Origin: Enterobacter phage EspM4VN
DNA: 64,000 bases
Sequence record: LC373201.2
Reading direction: 5' to 3' (one strand)
Below are positions 1 to 8,999 of the stretch, one piece after another (positions within the stretch are counted from its first letter, which is position 1; each line of letters opens with the position of its first letter). The notes beneath the pieces are model-generated. The model saw only the letters and a list, made by a program, of their open reading frames with translations. It was not told the origin of the DNA and searched no databases. The translations under genes were made by a program, and so were the position numbers.

Positions 1-2
1 CC

Positions 3-146
3 AAGAACTGGATGTTGGCAATGGACCAGATCCGCGAACTGCTAGACTCTGGCAATCTGCCTGGCCTGATCAAGGGTTCGAAGTTCGACGTGTTCGTTAC
101 GGGTCAGGGTCATCCTGGCGGTTATCCACATCTGTTCCGTATTAAC
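3..146 (+). CDS. 3' end (C-terminal ~48 aa) of a gene starting upstream of the window
   Basis: Frame open from the window edge to a stop near 146 (...GSKFDVFVTGQGHPGGYPHLFRIN*). The next start overlaps it (TGAggttgatcATG). Confidence 0.35.
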
Positions 147-151
147 TGAGG

Positions 152-394
152 TTGATCATGAGGATCAAAACTATCGGCGCAAGCCCATTGGGTGGAACTA
201 TCTATCAGGGTACTCTCGACACAGTCAAGTCCATGTGGGTTGGCAACAAGACTGATATCACCGATGAGTGTGTTCGGGCTACCGCAGAGCACCTGAAGAT
301 CGTGAAGAAGGACTATTGCTTTCCGACCAAAGATGGCAAGTTCCTGGTCATGTCAGCTGAACTGCACGACACCCTTCCCGACCGCTTCAAATAA
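152..394 (+). CDS. hypothetical protein (80 aa; ATG at 158 more likely than TTG at 152)
   Basis: ORF in the track with GAGG upstream. It is followed by an AT palindrome and a GC hairpin. Confidence 0.5.
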   Translation: MIMRIKTIGASPLGGTIYQGTLDTVKSMWVGNKTDITDECVRATAEHLKIVKKDYCFPTKDGKFLVMSAELHDTLPDRFK

Positions 395-415
395 ATTTTA
401 AATTTATTCAATAAA

Positions 416-442
416 CGGGGTTTACTTCTTCAATAAACCCCG
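416..442 (+). terminator. GC hairpin (cggggttta / taaaccccg) after gene 152..394, preceded by the AT palindrome AATAAATTTTAAATTTATT
   Basis: Inverted repeat read directly. It overlaps the -35 region of the downstream promoter. Confidence 0.45.
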
Positions 443-448
443 TATACT
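421..448 (+). promoter_or_regulatory. sigma70-like early promoter TTTACT-N16-TATACT inside the conserved TTTACTTCTTCAATAA element
   Basis: Hexamers and spacing read from the sequence. The same architecture recurs at 36914, 21351, 43467 and 50202. Confidence 0.5.
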
Positions 449-497
449 TCATTCCATAAGCAGCACAACACTGACTCTGAAATGAAGGAACTACACC

Positions 498-794
498 ATG
501 AACAACATGCCAACCACCAAAACTGCTCTGGTAATCGATTCTCGCTTTATCGTTGAAGCATGGGCCAATAGCCAAAACTCTTATGTGTATTCCCTTTACG
601 TCGGCGACACCTATATTTCTTGCCTCGGCATCGATGGTTCCGTGAATGAGCACGGCGTGAACGAGCGCTATACCAAAAAGCAGGCTATCGCCGATGCCAC
701 CAAATTCGCGACCGACATTCTGGGTCGCATCAATGCGGGCAAGCCGTACAAGCGCGGTGAAAAAGGCTACGCCACCCAATTGCTTGGTGCTTAA
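498..794 (+). CDS. hypothetical protein (98 aa)
   Basis: ORF directly downstream of a terminator/promoter cassette. It has the conserved start context gaaGGAACTACACCATG. Confidence 0.55.
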   Translation: MNNMPTTKTALVIDSRFIVEAWANSQNSYVYSLYVGDTYISCLGIDGSVNEHGVNERYTKKQAIADATKFATDILGRINAGKPYKRGEKGYATQLLGA

Positions 795-863
795 TTTGTT
801 CTAAACCTTTGAACGGGGTATGTTAAGCGCATACCCTATCCCCTACAAATAGAGGACTTTATC

Positions 864-1184
864 ATGGCTAACAGCATCCCAATTTTAGAAGCGGTCGTAA
901 AAGAGAACCCTCGAGCGCGCAAACCACGTCGCCGCCTGGTCACCAAGCTGGATCTTCTGAAACAGAAGTTTGGCGATCACAGCGTGTTCACCCGTATCCG
1001 CAATGCATTAAAGGAAGGCAGAACCGAGCTGGAGCTATACCGTCCGAACGGTTCGACACGCGCGTATCAGACCACCGACGGCTTGCTGGAACTGATCCGC
1101 CTGAGCGGGATGACGATCGAACCGCGTTCGTCAGGCACCCCTCTGTGCTCCCTGTATGTCATCGGCAATCTTGGGGCGCTGTGA
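864..1184 (+). CDS. hypothetical basic protein (106 aa)
   Basis: ORF with an AGAGGA RBS and the ctttatcATG start context. Confidence 0.5.
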   Translation: MANSIPILEAVVKENPRARKPRRRLVTKLDLLKQKFGDHSVFTRIRNALKEGRTELELYRPNGSTRAYQTTDGLLELIRLSGMTIEPRSSGTPLCSLYVIGNLGAL

Positions 1185-1189
1185 GTTCT

Positions 1190-1612
1190 ATGAAGAAGTA
1201 TATCGTTGTCATCACTGGTTCCCGCTCAATTACCGAGCGGGATAAGGTCTTCGCCAAGCTGGATGAACTCCTCGATCCTCATGAAGTCTATACGTTGATC
1301 GAGGGCGAAGCCACGGGCGTCGACACGATTTGTCGTGATTGGGCTGAAATCAATTATGTTAATGTCACCCCTATGCCAATTCCACCGGGCTATTATGAAA
1401 AATATGGCAAAGGGATGGGTAACAAACGCAATCAGGACATGTTAGACAAGGCATTGGAACTCGCCAGACAGACCAAGCTGGAAGTGTATCCGATTGCGAT
1501 GTGGGATGGTTCGTCCACTGGCACCCTGGACATGATAAACAGGCTGAAGAAGGCAGGTCTCCCTGTGGATATCACTCTGATGGGTAAACCCAAAACCAAG
1601 CGCCTTTTGTAA
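1190..1612 (+). CDS. hypothetical protein (140 aa), possibly a SLOG/Rossmann-like nucleotide-binding fold (VVITGSRS...EGEATGVD)
   Basis: The internal ATG at 1190 lies in the frame of track ORF 1145..1612. The fold call rests only on a weak motif resemblance. Confidence 0.45.
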   Translation: MKKYIVVITGSRSITERDKVFAKLDELLDPHEVYTLIEGEATGVDTICRDWAEINYVNVTPMPIPPGYYEKYGKGMGNKRNQDMLDKALELARQTKLEVYPIAMWDGSSTGTLDMINRLKKAGLPVDITLMGKPKTKRLL

Positions 1613-1653
1613 CCTGTCATAAATAATCTGAGTTCACACAGCGGAGATACATC

Positions 1654-1821
1654 ATGTTTGTCGTCAATCTGTTCTGCTATATCTTCACGGCGTACTTCCT
1701 GGGAGCAGTGGGGTTCGAGACCTACAATGACCTGAAGGATGGGGAATACGCCACCCGAACGGTCTATGCCAAGAAGTTTGTTCGCAAGTTCTGTTCAAAC
1801 TTCGTTTACAAACTGCCCTGA
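1654..1821 (+). CDS. small hydrophobic protein (~55 aa, MFVVNLFCYIFTAYFLGAVGF...)
   Basis: Found by hand translation. It has a GGAG RBS and a single predicted TM helix, and it is below the ORF-track size cut-off. Confidence 0.3.
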   Translation: MFVVNLFCYIFTAYFLGAVGFETYNDLKDGEYATRTVYAKKFVRKFCSNFVYKLP

Positions 1822-1843
1822 TCCCTAAATACCCCCATCATCC

Positions 1844-2587
1844 ATGGGGTATTTTCTTATGAACGCACAGATCTATGACGCCCTATCCCAGGGCAACGCC
1901 TTTACCAATCCTCTCCCGTCCCTCAGCAGCACCTCACAGGGATTAATCACCAGTGGCAAGGCGACTACAGCCGGATTGGCTAACACCGGAAATACGCAGA
2001 TCCAGAACGCCCTGACGGCAGGTGGGTTAACGACAGCCAAACTCAATGAATCGACGGCGATGTTCAACTCAGCCAACGCCAGCATCACCACTCTGAACAA
2101 CTATGGTGACCAGTCAGTGAACGAAGCCTATTCCCGCATCGGCACATCGGTGTCGTACAAGTCCGGTCTGAAGTCTATCGACCGAGAGCCGAACAACTGT
2201 GATCTGATCAACAATGCCTTTGGGGTTATCCAGAACCTCGGCAAGCAATGGCTCAACACCATGCAAAGCGTGCTCACAACTGTCACAGACAAGATGAATG
2301 AGCTGGCCGAGTTGGTAGCACAGGGTGTCAGTGCGGGGCTTGCTGCTATCCAGGCGCTGGCCGCCGAAGTCACCCAGGCCATCAACAATGCTGTGACAGC
2401 AGTCGCCTCTGTTGCTCAAGACATCACGAACGGTATTGCAGCAGAGTTGGCCCACATCCAAGACATGATTGGCAAGTGTCTGAACTTCTCTTTTGCCAAC
2501 GTGATCTCAGAGTGGGCGAAAGATATCTGCGCCGGAGGTGTCATCAACAGCATCGGTTCTGATAATCTGAAGAATGCCCTGAAGTGA
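1844..2587 (+). CDS. hypothetical Ala/Thr/Asn/Gly-rich protein (247 aa), possibly structural
   Basis: Long ORF of low-complexity composition. Its stop abuts the stop of the convergent lipoprotein gene (TGATCA). Confidence 0.5.
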   Translation: MGYFLMNAQIYDALSQGNAFTNPLPSLSSTSQGLITSGKATTAGLANTGNTQIQNALTAGGLTTAKLNESTAMFNSANASITTLNNYGDQSVNEAYSRIGTSVSYKSGLKSIDREPNNCDLINNAFGVIQNLGKQWLNTMQSVLTTVTDKMNELAELVAQGVSAGLAAIQALAAEVTQAINNAVTAVASVAQDITNGIAAELAHIQDMIGKCLNFSFANVISEWAKDICAGGVINSIGSDNLKNALK

Positions 2588-3229
2588 TCATCTAGATCTC
2601 GCTGGAAGAACTCCCACTGGTTCAATCCCATCCAACAGTAGGGAGTTCACCCCAACGTTGCTCAGCCTGATCCATATCGTTCCTTCCGGCTTCACCTCAA
2701 ATATGTTCATCTCATTCCCAACTGCTTCCCCATTCACAAACACGCCCTGTGTTGCTATCCTCACGGGTTTGGTCGAGTCATTCACTATCTTGAATGTTAC
2801 AGTGAGTTCAGAGTTGACGTCAAGGCGACCTACAGTGTGTTGCTTCAGCTTTGCATAGAACGATGGGTTGAACGTGATGATGATGCTGTTGTTCTGGGAG
2901 TAATAAATACTGGCAGACAGGTAAGGTATCTTCCCCTCATCACCCTTTCGAAGCAGGGGGATGGTAGTCTTCCAGTAAGGCTTGAGGGTGTTGGTGTTCT
3001 CCTCGAAGCAACCCAGAGGTATCAGCTTTTGGAACGTCTGGAACTCTTGGACGATCCCATCAAGGATTCCTTTGTTGCAGGTCTGAACATCAGCCGATAT
3101 CGTGACAGGCAATGTGCGCACTTCTGGGTTCCAGAGTTCGGAAACAGAAATGATTGGCGTGACAAAGATGCGACAGCTCACAAGAAGGAGCACCGCACAT
3201 GCCAACAGCAATCTACTGATCCCGCGCAT
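2588..3229 (-). CDS. putative lipoprotein (signal peptide plus lipobox LLLVSC)
   Basis: Minus-strand ORF with MRGISRLLLACAVLLLVSC at the N-terminus. It is an isolated reverse gene among + strand genes. Confidence 0.45.
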   Translation of the reverse strand: MRGISRLLLACAVLLLVSCRIFVTPIISVSELWNPEVRTLPVTISADVQTCNKGILDGIVQEFQTFQKLIPLGCFEENTNTLKPYWKTTIPLLRKGDEGKIPYLSASIYYSQNNSIIITFNPSFYAKLKQHTVGRLDVNSELTVTFKIVNDSTKPVRIATQGVFVNGEAVGNEMNIFEVKPEGTIWIRLSNVGVNSLLLDGIEPVGVLPARSR

Positions 3230-3267
3230 CAGGGTCACAAAATATCTCCACAGCAAAAGGTGCTATT

Positions 3268-3768
3268 ATGTCTGACGTACAATTCAAGAACGAAAACCCT
3301 AATTTTGCGGCGTCTGATAAATGGCGCTTATCAATCGGCGACTTAACGCTTGTGTCCCGCAATATTCATGACTTCAGCATTCCTGGCCTCTATTCAGAGG
3401 GTATCGATGGTCCATCACCAGGCGATGTGCTTGTATCCATACCGTCGGAACGTTTAACATATGATCCCATCGTATTTACTTTCGTTATAGATGAGGACTG
3501 GAAGTCATGGCTTCAGATCCACAACTGGATTAAGTCCAACGTTGGCTTGGATATGCCTGTCAGCAAGGATATCGTGATCGAGTTGTTGGACAACCTCAAC
3601 CGCCCGATTGGCCTGACCCTGGTACTGGAAGATGCTCGCCCGACGGCTCTTGACAACGTTCTGGTCGACGTCGATGCTGCAGTGCCTCAGCTGGTGACGA
3701 CTGTGACCTTCAAGTTCCAGCAGATGGTTCCTCAGCTGGCGACCAAAGAAGTTGTTCCTAACCCGTGA
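3268..3768 (+). CDS. gp19-family tail tube / tube-cap-like protein (166 aa)
   Basis: Two motifs match the T4 gp19 family: YDPIVFTFVIDEDW (compare FDDWTVTVMNDE) and RPTALDNVLVDVDAAVPQLVTTVTFKF (compare WPTNVGELQLDWDSNNEIQTFEVT). Confidence 0.45.
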   Translation: MSDVQFKNENPNFAASDKWRLSIGDLTLVSRNIHDFSIPGLYSEGIDGPSPGDVLVSIPSERLTYDPIVFTFVIDEDWKSWLQIHNWIKSNVGLDMPVSKDIVIELLDNLNRPIGLTLVLEDARPTALDNVLVDVDAAVPQLVTTVTFKFQQMVPQLATKEVVPNP

Positions 3769-3810
3769 AATGCGGTATAATTCTATGACATTGACAAGCT
3801 GGGATATTTT

Positions 3811-4263
3811 ATGAAAGAACAACTACAGACAATGGCAACCGAGGACATCATGAACGAACTGGAGCCGCTGATTACAGTGGACCCAGAAGACATGAACCTC
3901 GACCAGATCTCACTAAAGATCGGGCGCTCTTGGATGGCTGTACAGCGACATTACCTGCGTGAGGGACGTTATCTTGAATTCCTCAACGGGCGCTTCCGCC
4001 AGATCGATCTTTATCTGCGCCGCTATTATGCAGGGGAGTTACCACCGAACATCTATGCGGAGCGTCCCCTGAAGGTTCGCCCCCTGAAGTCTGACTTGGA
4101 CACATGGGTCAAAGCCGACGATGACTATGTAGAATTGTCTGTTCTATTGCAAGAGCAGAAGGCAAAGGTCAAATTTATTGAGACTTGTTTGGATCGTCTG
4201 AACAAGCTCGGGTATGAAGTGAAGAACGCCATCGATTGGCGTCGTTACATGGATGGTTCCTGA
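3811..4263 (+). CDS. hypothetical protein (150 aa)
   Basis: ORF in the track. The next gene is coupled through an ATGA overlap. Confidence 0.5.
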   Translation: MKEQLQTMATEDIMNELEPLITVDPEDMNLDQISLKIGRSWMAVQRHYLREGRYLEFLNGRFRQIDLYLRRYYAGELPPNIYAERPLKVRPLKSDLDTWVKADDDYVELSVLLQEQKAKVKFIETCLDRLNKLGYEVKNAIDWRRYMDGS

Positions 4264-5009
4264 TGGCATCTCTCCAAGCCCTGCGCAAGCTGAACGACTT
4301 CGAAAATCGCCATTACACATTCCAGCAGTACGAACTTCCTCATAAGGAACTGGAGTGTGTGACGACGGAGAACGGTCGTCATTATGTGTCACCAACTGGT
4401 GTCAAGCTGACGTCTGTCACGACTATGCTGGGGCGCACTGGTGATCATGAATGGCTTGAGGCTTGGAGGGAGAAGCTTGGTGCAGAGGCCGCCGACCTCG
4501 AGACCATGCGTTGTGCCGACCGAGGGGAGAAGCTGCATCTTGCATGTGAACTGTATTTGAAGAACCGCCCAATGAAAGAAGTGTTGGAAGCGGCTGGCGA
4601 ATACATGTTCATGTTCAAGCAGCTGTTCCCCTACCTGAACAAGATGACAAAGATCTATGCTCAGGAGATCCCATTATATAGCGAGGTGCTTGGCCTCGCA
4701 GGTCGAGTGGACCTTATCGGGGTTTATGAGGGCAAGCCTGCCATCATCGACTTCAAGACGTCGAACATCATGAAGACGCGGGGAATGATCGAGGACTACA
4801 GTATCCAGCTGTGCTTGTACTCTGTTATGTTCCAGCAGATGTTCGGTGTCAAGATCACCCGCCTCATCAATGTGATTGCCAACGAGTCTTCCCCTCTACC
4901 AACCGTCATTGAGTTCAACCGTGATGACATCCTGACAAAGATGTTTGAGCGTGTTCGTCTGTACCATCGCATGGATAAAGAACAGAACGGAGTCTGGCCG
5001 GATCGCTAA
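4263..5009 (+). CDS. PD-(D/E)xK family nuclease (RecB/Cas4-like fold)
   Basis: Motif D-x(n)-DLIGVYEGKPAIIDFKTS is a D...E-x-K core, with conserved VSPTG and LSVTTMLG segments upstream. Start is ATG at 4263, overlapping the upstream stop. Confidence 0.55.
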   Translation: MASLQALRKLNDFENRHYTFQQYELPHKELECVTTENGRHYVSPTGVKLTSVTTMLGRTGDHEWLEAWREKLGAEAADLETMRCADRGEKLHLACELYLKNRPMKEVLEAAGEYMFMFKQLFPYLNKMTKIYAQEIPLYSEVLGLAGRVDLIGVYEGKPAIIDFKTSNIMKTRGMIEDYSIQLCLYSVMFQQMFGVKITRLINVIANESSPLPTVIEFNRDDILTKMFERVRLYHRMDKEQNGVWPDR

Positions 5010-5037
5010 ATACCCCATAATCCTTGGGAGATTTTGT

Positions 5038-6545
5038 ATGGCAGACATTCAGATTGTTAAGGTTAACGAAGTCCGCATGCGTTGCATCGCAGATCTTTCT
5101 ATCAGGGAAGAACTGAATGACTACTTCAAATTCGAAGACCCGAACTTCGTTCCCAACCCTTCTCTAAATGGGACGGGGTTGTTCGCTTGTTTACCAAGTC
5201 ATCCGGCCTGATCGATATCGGCCTACTGTTTGAGGTGTTCAAGTTCTGCAAGAACAACAAATACACCATCGAACTGGATCCGGCTCTGAAGTACATTCAG
5301 GACATCCCAGATGAAGAAATCCATGACTTCATCGACAGCCTGCATCCAAAGATTCGCACCGAAAATCACGAATACATCGATGCCGAGACCCGTGACTATC
5401 AGTACGACACCATCGCCAAGGCTATGCGTCAAACCAGATGCGTCTGTGAACTGGCTACGAGTGCTGGTAAGTCCTTTATTCTGTATGTCATGGCGCGGTA
5501 CTACAGGCAGCGCAGAGAAGCTCTCGAAAGCCCTCTGAAGACGCTTATCGTGGTGCCGTCGATTCACCTGGTTACTCAGCTGTACGACAACTTTGAAGAG
5601 TATGCACACGGCAGTGATTGGAAGCCCGTTGTCAACACTCAGCTGATCTATGAGGGTGCGACTAAACAGATCAGCAAGCCGATCGTCATCAGTACATGGC
5701 AGGGCATTCAAGACCAGCCGAAGGAATGGTTCCATCAGTTCGGTGACATCGTGGTGGATGAAGTGCACACCTCCAAGTCTGAGAAGCTGTCCTACATCCT
5801 GAACAACTGCATCTATGCAGATCAGCGTCTGGGTGTTACGGGTACGCTGGCAAACACGAAGGTCGCAGGCCTGCAGGTCGTGGCCCACTTCGGGGCATAC
5901 CACAAGATCATCACGGCTCGCGACCTTATCAATCTCGGGTATGCCACCGACATCAAGGTGAAGATGATCCAGCTGAAGCACACTTCAGCAGATGCAGTTG
6001 GTCTGGACGGGGATTATACCAAGGAAATAGAATACCTTATTACACACCAATCCCGCAACGAACTGATCGCCAAGATGGCACTGAATCTGAAAGGGAACGT
6101 GGCGATCATGTTCGAGCGTATTGATGGCCACATGATGGTCGTGTATGATATGCTGAGCGCAGTTAAGCCCAACGTGTTTGTCATCAACGGGGAAGTGAAG
6201 ATCGAAGACCGCCGCCGCATACAGAAAGCGATGGAGGATGGAGAAGATATCACCCTGTTGGCTTCATATGGGACAATGCAGCAGGGTGTGTCAATCAAGA
6301 AGTTACATCACCTTGTGCTGGCGCACCCGAGCAAGTCGTATATCCGCGTCATACAGACATTGGGTCGTCTGATGCGTCAGCACTCCTCTAAGGACGTCGC
6401 ATGGATATGGGATTTAGTGGATGATGTGTCTTACAACGCAAGCACGAACCACGCTATCAGGCACTCTCATGAGCGTTACAAGTTCTACCTGACAGAGCGC
6501 CACCCTGTGGAGTTCATGAAGGTGGCGCTGGGTAATCACGATTGA
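5038..6545 (+). CDS. uvsW: UvsW-like SF2 DNA helicase, interrupted by one frameshift near 5157-5190 (track ORFs 5038..5211 in frame 1 and 5187..6545 in frame 3)
   Basis: N-terminus MADIQIVKVNEVRMRCI...DYFKFEDPNFVPNP aligns with the T4 UvsW N-terminus. The next frame then gives FSKWDGVVRL... and continues through helicase motifs (ELATSAGKS, VVDEVH, TGTLANT, QTLGRLMR). Adding one C to the CCC run at ~5157 restores the frame. Confidence 0.75.
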
Positions 6546-6913
6546 TCTTGATTCACATAGGCGGGGGTGGCCTCGCCTTCATCAGTTACTGCACCGAACA
6601 ATTTGTCTAGAGAAGCCAGACACTGTGCGTTCAGGTGTTCACTGATCGTATCCTTCAGCATTTGTTCACTACCCAATTTGAATGGCAGCACCTTCGCTTC
6701 GATACCGTTTTCAAACGTCACGACAGCGACATACAGACCAACTTTCAGGCCTGCCATCAGACCTAGAGGGAAGAAGCGCGGCTCCGATGGTAAGTTCTTG
6801 TCTGACGCCAGCTGTGCCAGATAAACTGGGGTGCCTGTGACAAATTGCCCTGCGGTGAGGATGGCGTCTGGCTTGCTGCATCCCACCGCATATAATCCTA
6901 CGAACTGTTTCAT
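6536..6913 (-). CDS. hypothetical protein (125 aa)
   Basis: Minus-strand ORF convergent with uvsW, with overlapping stops. A 340-bp AT-rich region lies upstream of it. Confidence 0.45.
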   Translation of the reverse strand: MKQFVGLYAVGCSKPDAILTAGQFVTGTPVYLAQLASDKNLPSEPRFFPLGLMAGLKVGLYVAVVTFENGIEAKVLPFKLGSEQMLKDTISEHLNAQCLASLDKLFGAVTDEGEATPAYVNQDQS

Positions 6914-7257
6914 ATATTACTCTCGTGTGTTGGTTAACCTGACATACATATTATTTCGCGTGCATGTTTAGACCAAATTAAATTAATTTTGCTGTTGAAT
7001 AAAAACTGCTTTCCTGTTGAACAAATGGCGTGGTATTATACGAGTTGTGAGTGTTAACGAGCAACGAGTATTAGCAGTTATGAGCGAAGCGAATAGGATT
7101 AATAAAGATTATTATCTTTAATAAAGTCCATAAATGCCGAAGGCATTTATTAATAACGCGTAGCGTAATTTGCCACTTGTTCTATAAGCACAACACAGCG
7201 ATACTAGATTGCGTCAAACATGACTTGAACCCCACTATATTTTGAGGATACATACAA
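6914..7257. promoter_or_regulatory. 340-bp AT-rich intergenic control region upstream of gene 45 and of the divergent minus-strand gene. It contains direct repeats TGTTGAATAA / TGTTGAACAA, AACGAGCAACGAG / GAGCGAAGCGAA and the hairpin ataaatgcc-gaa-ggcatttat
   Basis: Read directly. No ORF of 60 aa or more on either strand. Confidence 0.4.
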
Positions 7258-7926
7258 ATGCAAGAGATCACTCTCTCCGAACGTACACTTCAGTTGCTGG
7301 CCAACTTTGAGACCATCAACCCGTCAATCGTTCTGACACCGGGTAAGATGCTGCGCAGCATTAACGATTCGTCTACTGTAATCGCCGTGGCGCAGATCGA
7401 AGAAGACTTCCCGTTTGAGTTTCCGATCCTGGACCTGACAAAGCTGCTGGCCATCCAGCGCCTGCCTTCCTTCAAAGGCGGTAAAGCCGAATTCCATCAG
7501 GACTACATCCTGCTGAAAGGTGAAAGCTCCCAGCTGCAGTTCTGGCGTTCTGCTAAAGAACTCACTGTTGTTCCGGCTGACACTATTGAACTGCCGTCTG
7601 TCGACTTTGAAGCGATTATCACTCCAGAAAAGATGAAAGAACTGACCCGCGCCTGTTCTACCCTCGGCCACAAGACTGTACGCCTTGTTGCTCAGGGTGG
7701 CAAAACCCGCCTGGTTGCGACCACCACTACACTGGATAACTCCAACAACTACACCGTTGAGCTGGGTGAAACCGCGCTGCCGGACTTCGTAATGCCGCTG
7801 GATGTTGCGAACCTGAAGATGATCGAAGGCAACTACACTCTGCGTGCCTGCGCTGAACTGCAGATGGTGAACTTCCAGTCCTCCGACGCGACGATCAATT
7901 ACTTCGTCGGCGCACAGATTGAGTAA
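7258..7926 (+). CDS. 45: DNA polymerase sliding clamp (T4 gp45 family)
   Basis: 222 aa against 228 aa for T4 gp45. It sits directly upstream of the clamp-loader genes in the T4 order 45-44-62-regA, and the N-terminal pattern is gp45-like. Confidence 0.75.
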   Translation: MQEITLSERTLQLLANFETINPSIVLTPGKMLRSINDSSTVIAVAQIEEDFPFEFPILDLTKLLAIQRLPSFKGGKAEFHQDYILLKGESSQLQFWRSAKELTVVPADTIELPSVDFEAIITPEKMKELTRACSTLGHKTVRLVAQGGKTRLVATTTTLDNSNNYTVELGETALPDFVMPLDVANLKMIEGNYTLRACAELQMVNFQSSDATINYFVGAQIE

Positions 7927-8005
7927 TCAATCTCCAGCCTGATGCTATAATGTGTGGGCGGGGCTTTCCTGCCCATTTGAAATGATTCTTCTACAAGAGG
8001 CTGAA

Positions 8006-8995
8006 ATGTCTAATATCACTATCGTTTCCGACCAGTACGCATGGGAAAACAAATACCGCCCCGACAACCTGGATGAGATCATCATCCCTCAGGACGTCCG
8101 CGCCAAAATCCATGGCTACATTACCAGCGGCAACGGCAACATCCCGTCTATGCTGTTCTACTCCCCTGGACCTGGTACTGGCAAGACCACTTCTGCTCTG
8201 GCCGTGTGTAATGAAATCGGCTGTAAGCAACCTCTGTTGATCAACGCATCCCTAGACAACAGCATCGATGTGATCCGTGATCGTGTGATTCAGTATTCTA
8301 CTGGTGTGAGCGTATTCGGCGGTCGCAAAGTCGTTATCCTCGACGAAGTAGAGCGTCTGTCTATGGCAGCACAGGAGTCGCTGAAGGGTATCGTGGAGAA
8401 GGTCTCCAAGAACTGTTCATTCATCCTGACCACCAACGCCAAGCAACGCGTGAACGAACCTCTGCGCTCTCGTTGCCGTGAAATCGACTTTATCTGGAAC
8501 GAGCAGGAAGCACTGGAAGTTCAGAACAAGTTCTGCCTGCGTTGCGTTGAAATCCTCCGCGCCGAAGGTGTTGAGTTCGTTCCTCAGGTGTTGGCCGCCA
8601 TCGTCAAGCGCAACTTCCCTGACAACCGCCGCATCATGGGTGCCCTGCAAGACAACGTCACCACCTACGGCAAGATTGATGAACGCGCTCTGGCTGTCCT
8701 GAAAGCTGCCGACCTCGGTACTCTGGTCAGTATGCTGAAATCCAATGACTGGGCTGGCATGAAGCAGTGGGTGACCGACAACCAGAACTACATCACTGAA
8801 GACTTCTATTCCCGCTTCTTCCAGTTCTGTGTACCACAGGACAAAGAGAAGTCGATGGCTGTGCAATCCGAGTCTATTCCTGATCTGGTGTGCGTGTGTG
8901 GTCAGTCTCAAATTGAGCACCGTCAGGTCGGGGACGTATGGCTGCATGCCGTGTACTTCCTGACCAACATCATGCTCAACATCAAGTGGAAGTGA
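8006..8995 (+). CDS. 44: clamp loader large subunit (T4 gp44, AAA+)
   Basis: MSNITIVSDQYAWENKYRPDNLDEIIIP matches T4 gp44 (...EQKYRPSTIDECILP). Walker A is SPGPGTGKTT, and VVILDEVERL and SRC motifs follow. AGAGG RBS. Confidence 0.85.
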   Translation: MSNITIVSDQYAWENKYRPDNLDEIIIPQDVRAKIHGYITSGNGNIPSMLFYSPGPGTGKTTSALAVCNEIGCKQPLLINASLDNSIDVIRDRVIQYSTGVSVFGGRKVVILDEVERLSMAAQESLKGIVEKVSKNCSFILTTNAKQRVNEPLRSRCREIDFIWNEQEALEVQNKFCLRCVEILRAEGVEFVPQVLAAIVKRNFPDNRRIMGALQDNVTTYGKIDERALAVLKAADLGTLVSMLKSNDWAGMKQWVTDNQNYITEDFYSRFFQFCVPQDKEKSMAVQSESIPDLVCVCGQSQIEHRQVGDVWLHAVYFLTNIMLNIKWK

Positions 8996-8999
8996 TACT

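Noticed and set aside
2583-2592. The TGATCA palindrome where convergent genes 1844..2587(+) and 2588..3229(-) abut as a regulatory site
   Set aside because: It is simply two stop codons (TGA on both strands) back to back. There is no surrounding conservation or repetition.
5150-5215. Programmed -1 ribosomal frameshifting joining the two UvsW ORFs (and likewise the two DinG-like ORFs at 27690-27720)
   Set aside because: No X_XXY_YYZ slippery heptamer and no downstream stem or pseudoknot. The joint lies in a homopolymer, and a one-base insertion restores homology-supported sequence exactly. The same pattern recurs at many unrelated genes, which points to base-calling deletions.
5223-5981. Long antisense ORFs on the opposite strand, such as 5223..5981(-), 11048..12034(-), 13296..13787(-), 19374..20234(-), 43434..44135(-), 44703..45020(-) and 57846..58382(-)
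   Set aside because: Each lies fully inside a well-supported, homology-bearing gene on the other strand and has no RBS or promoter signals. They are typical shadow ORFs of sequence with biased third positions.
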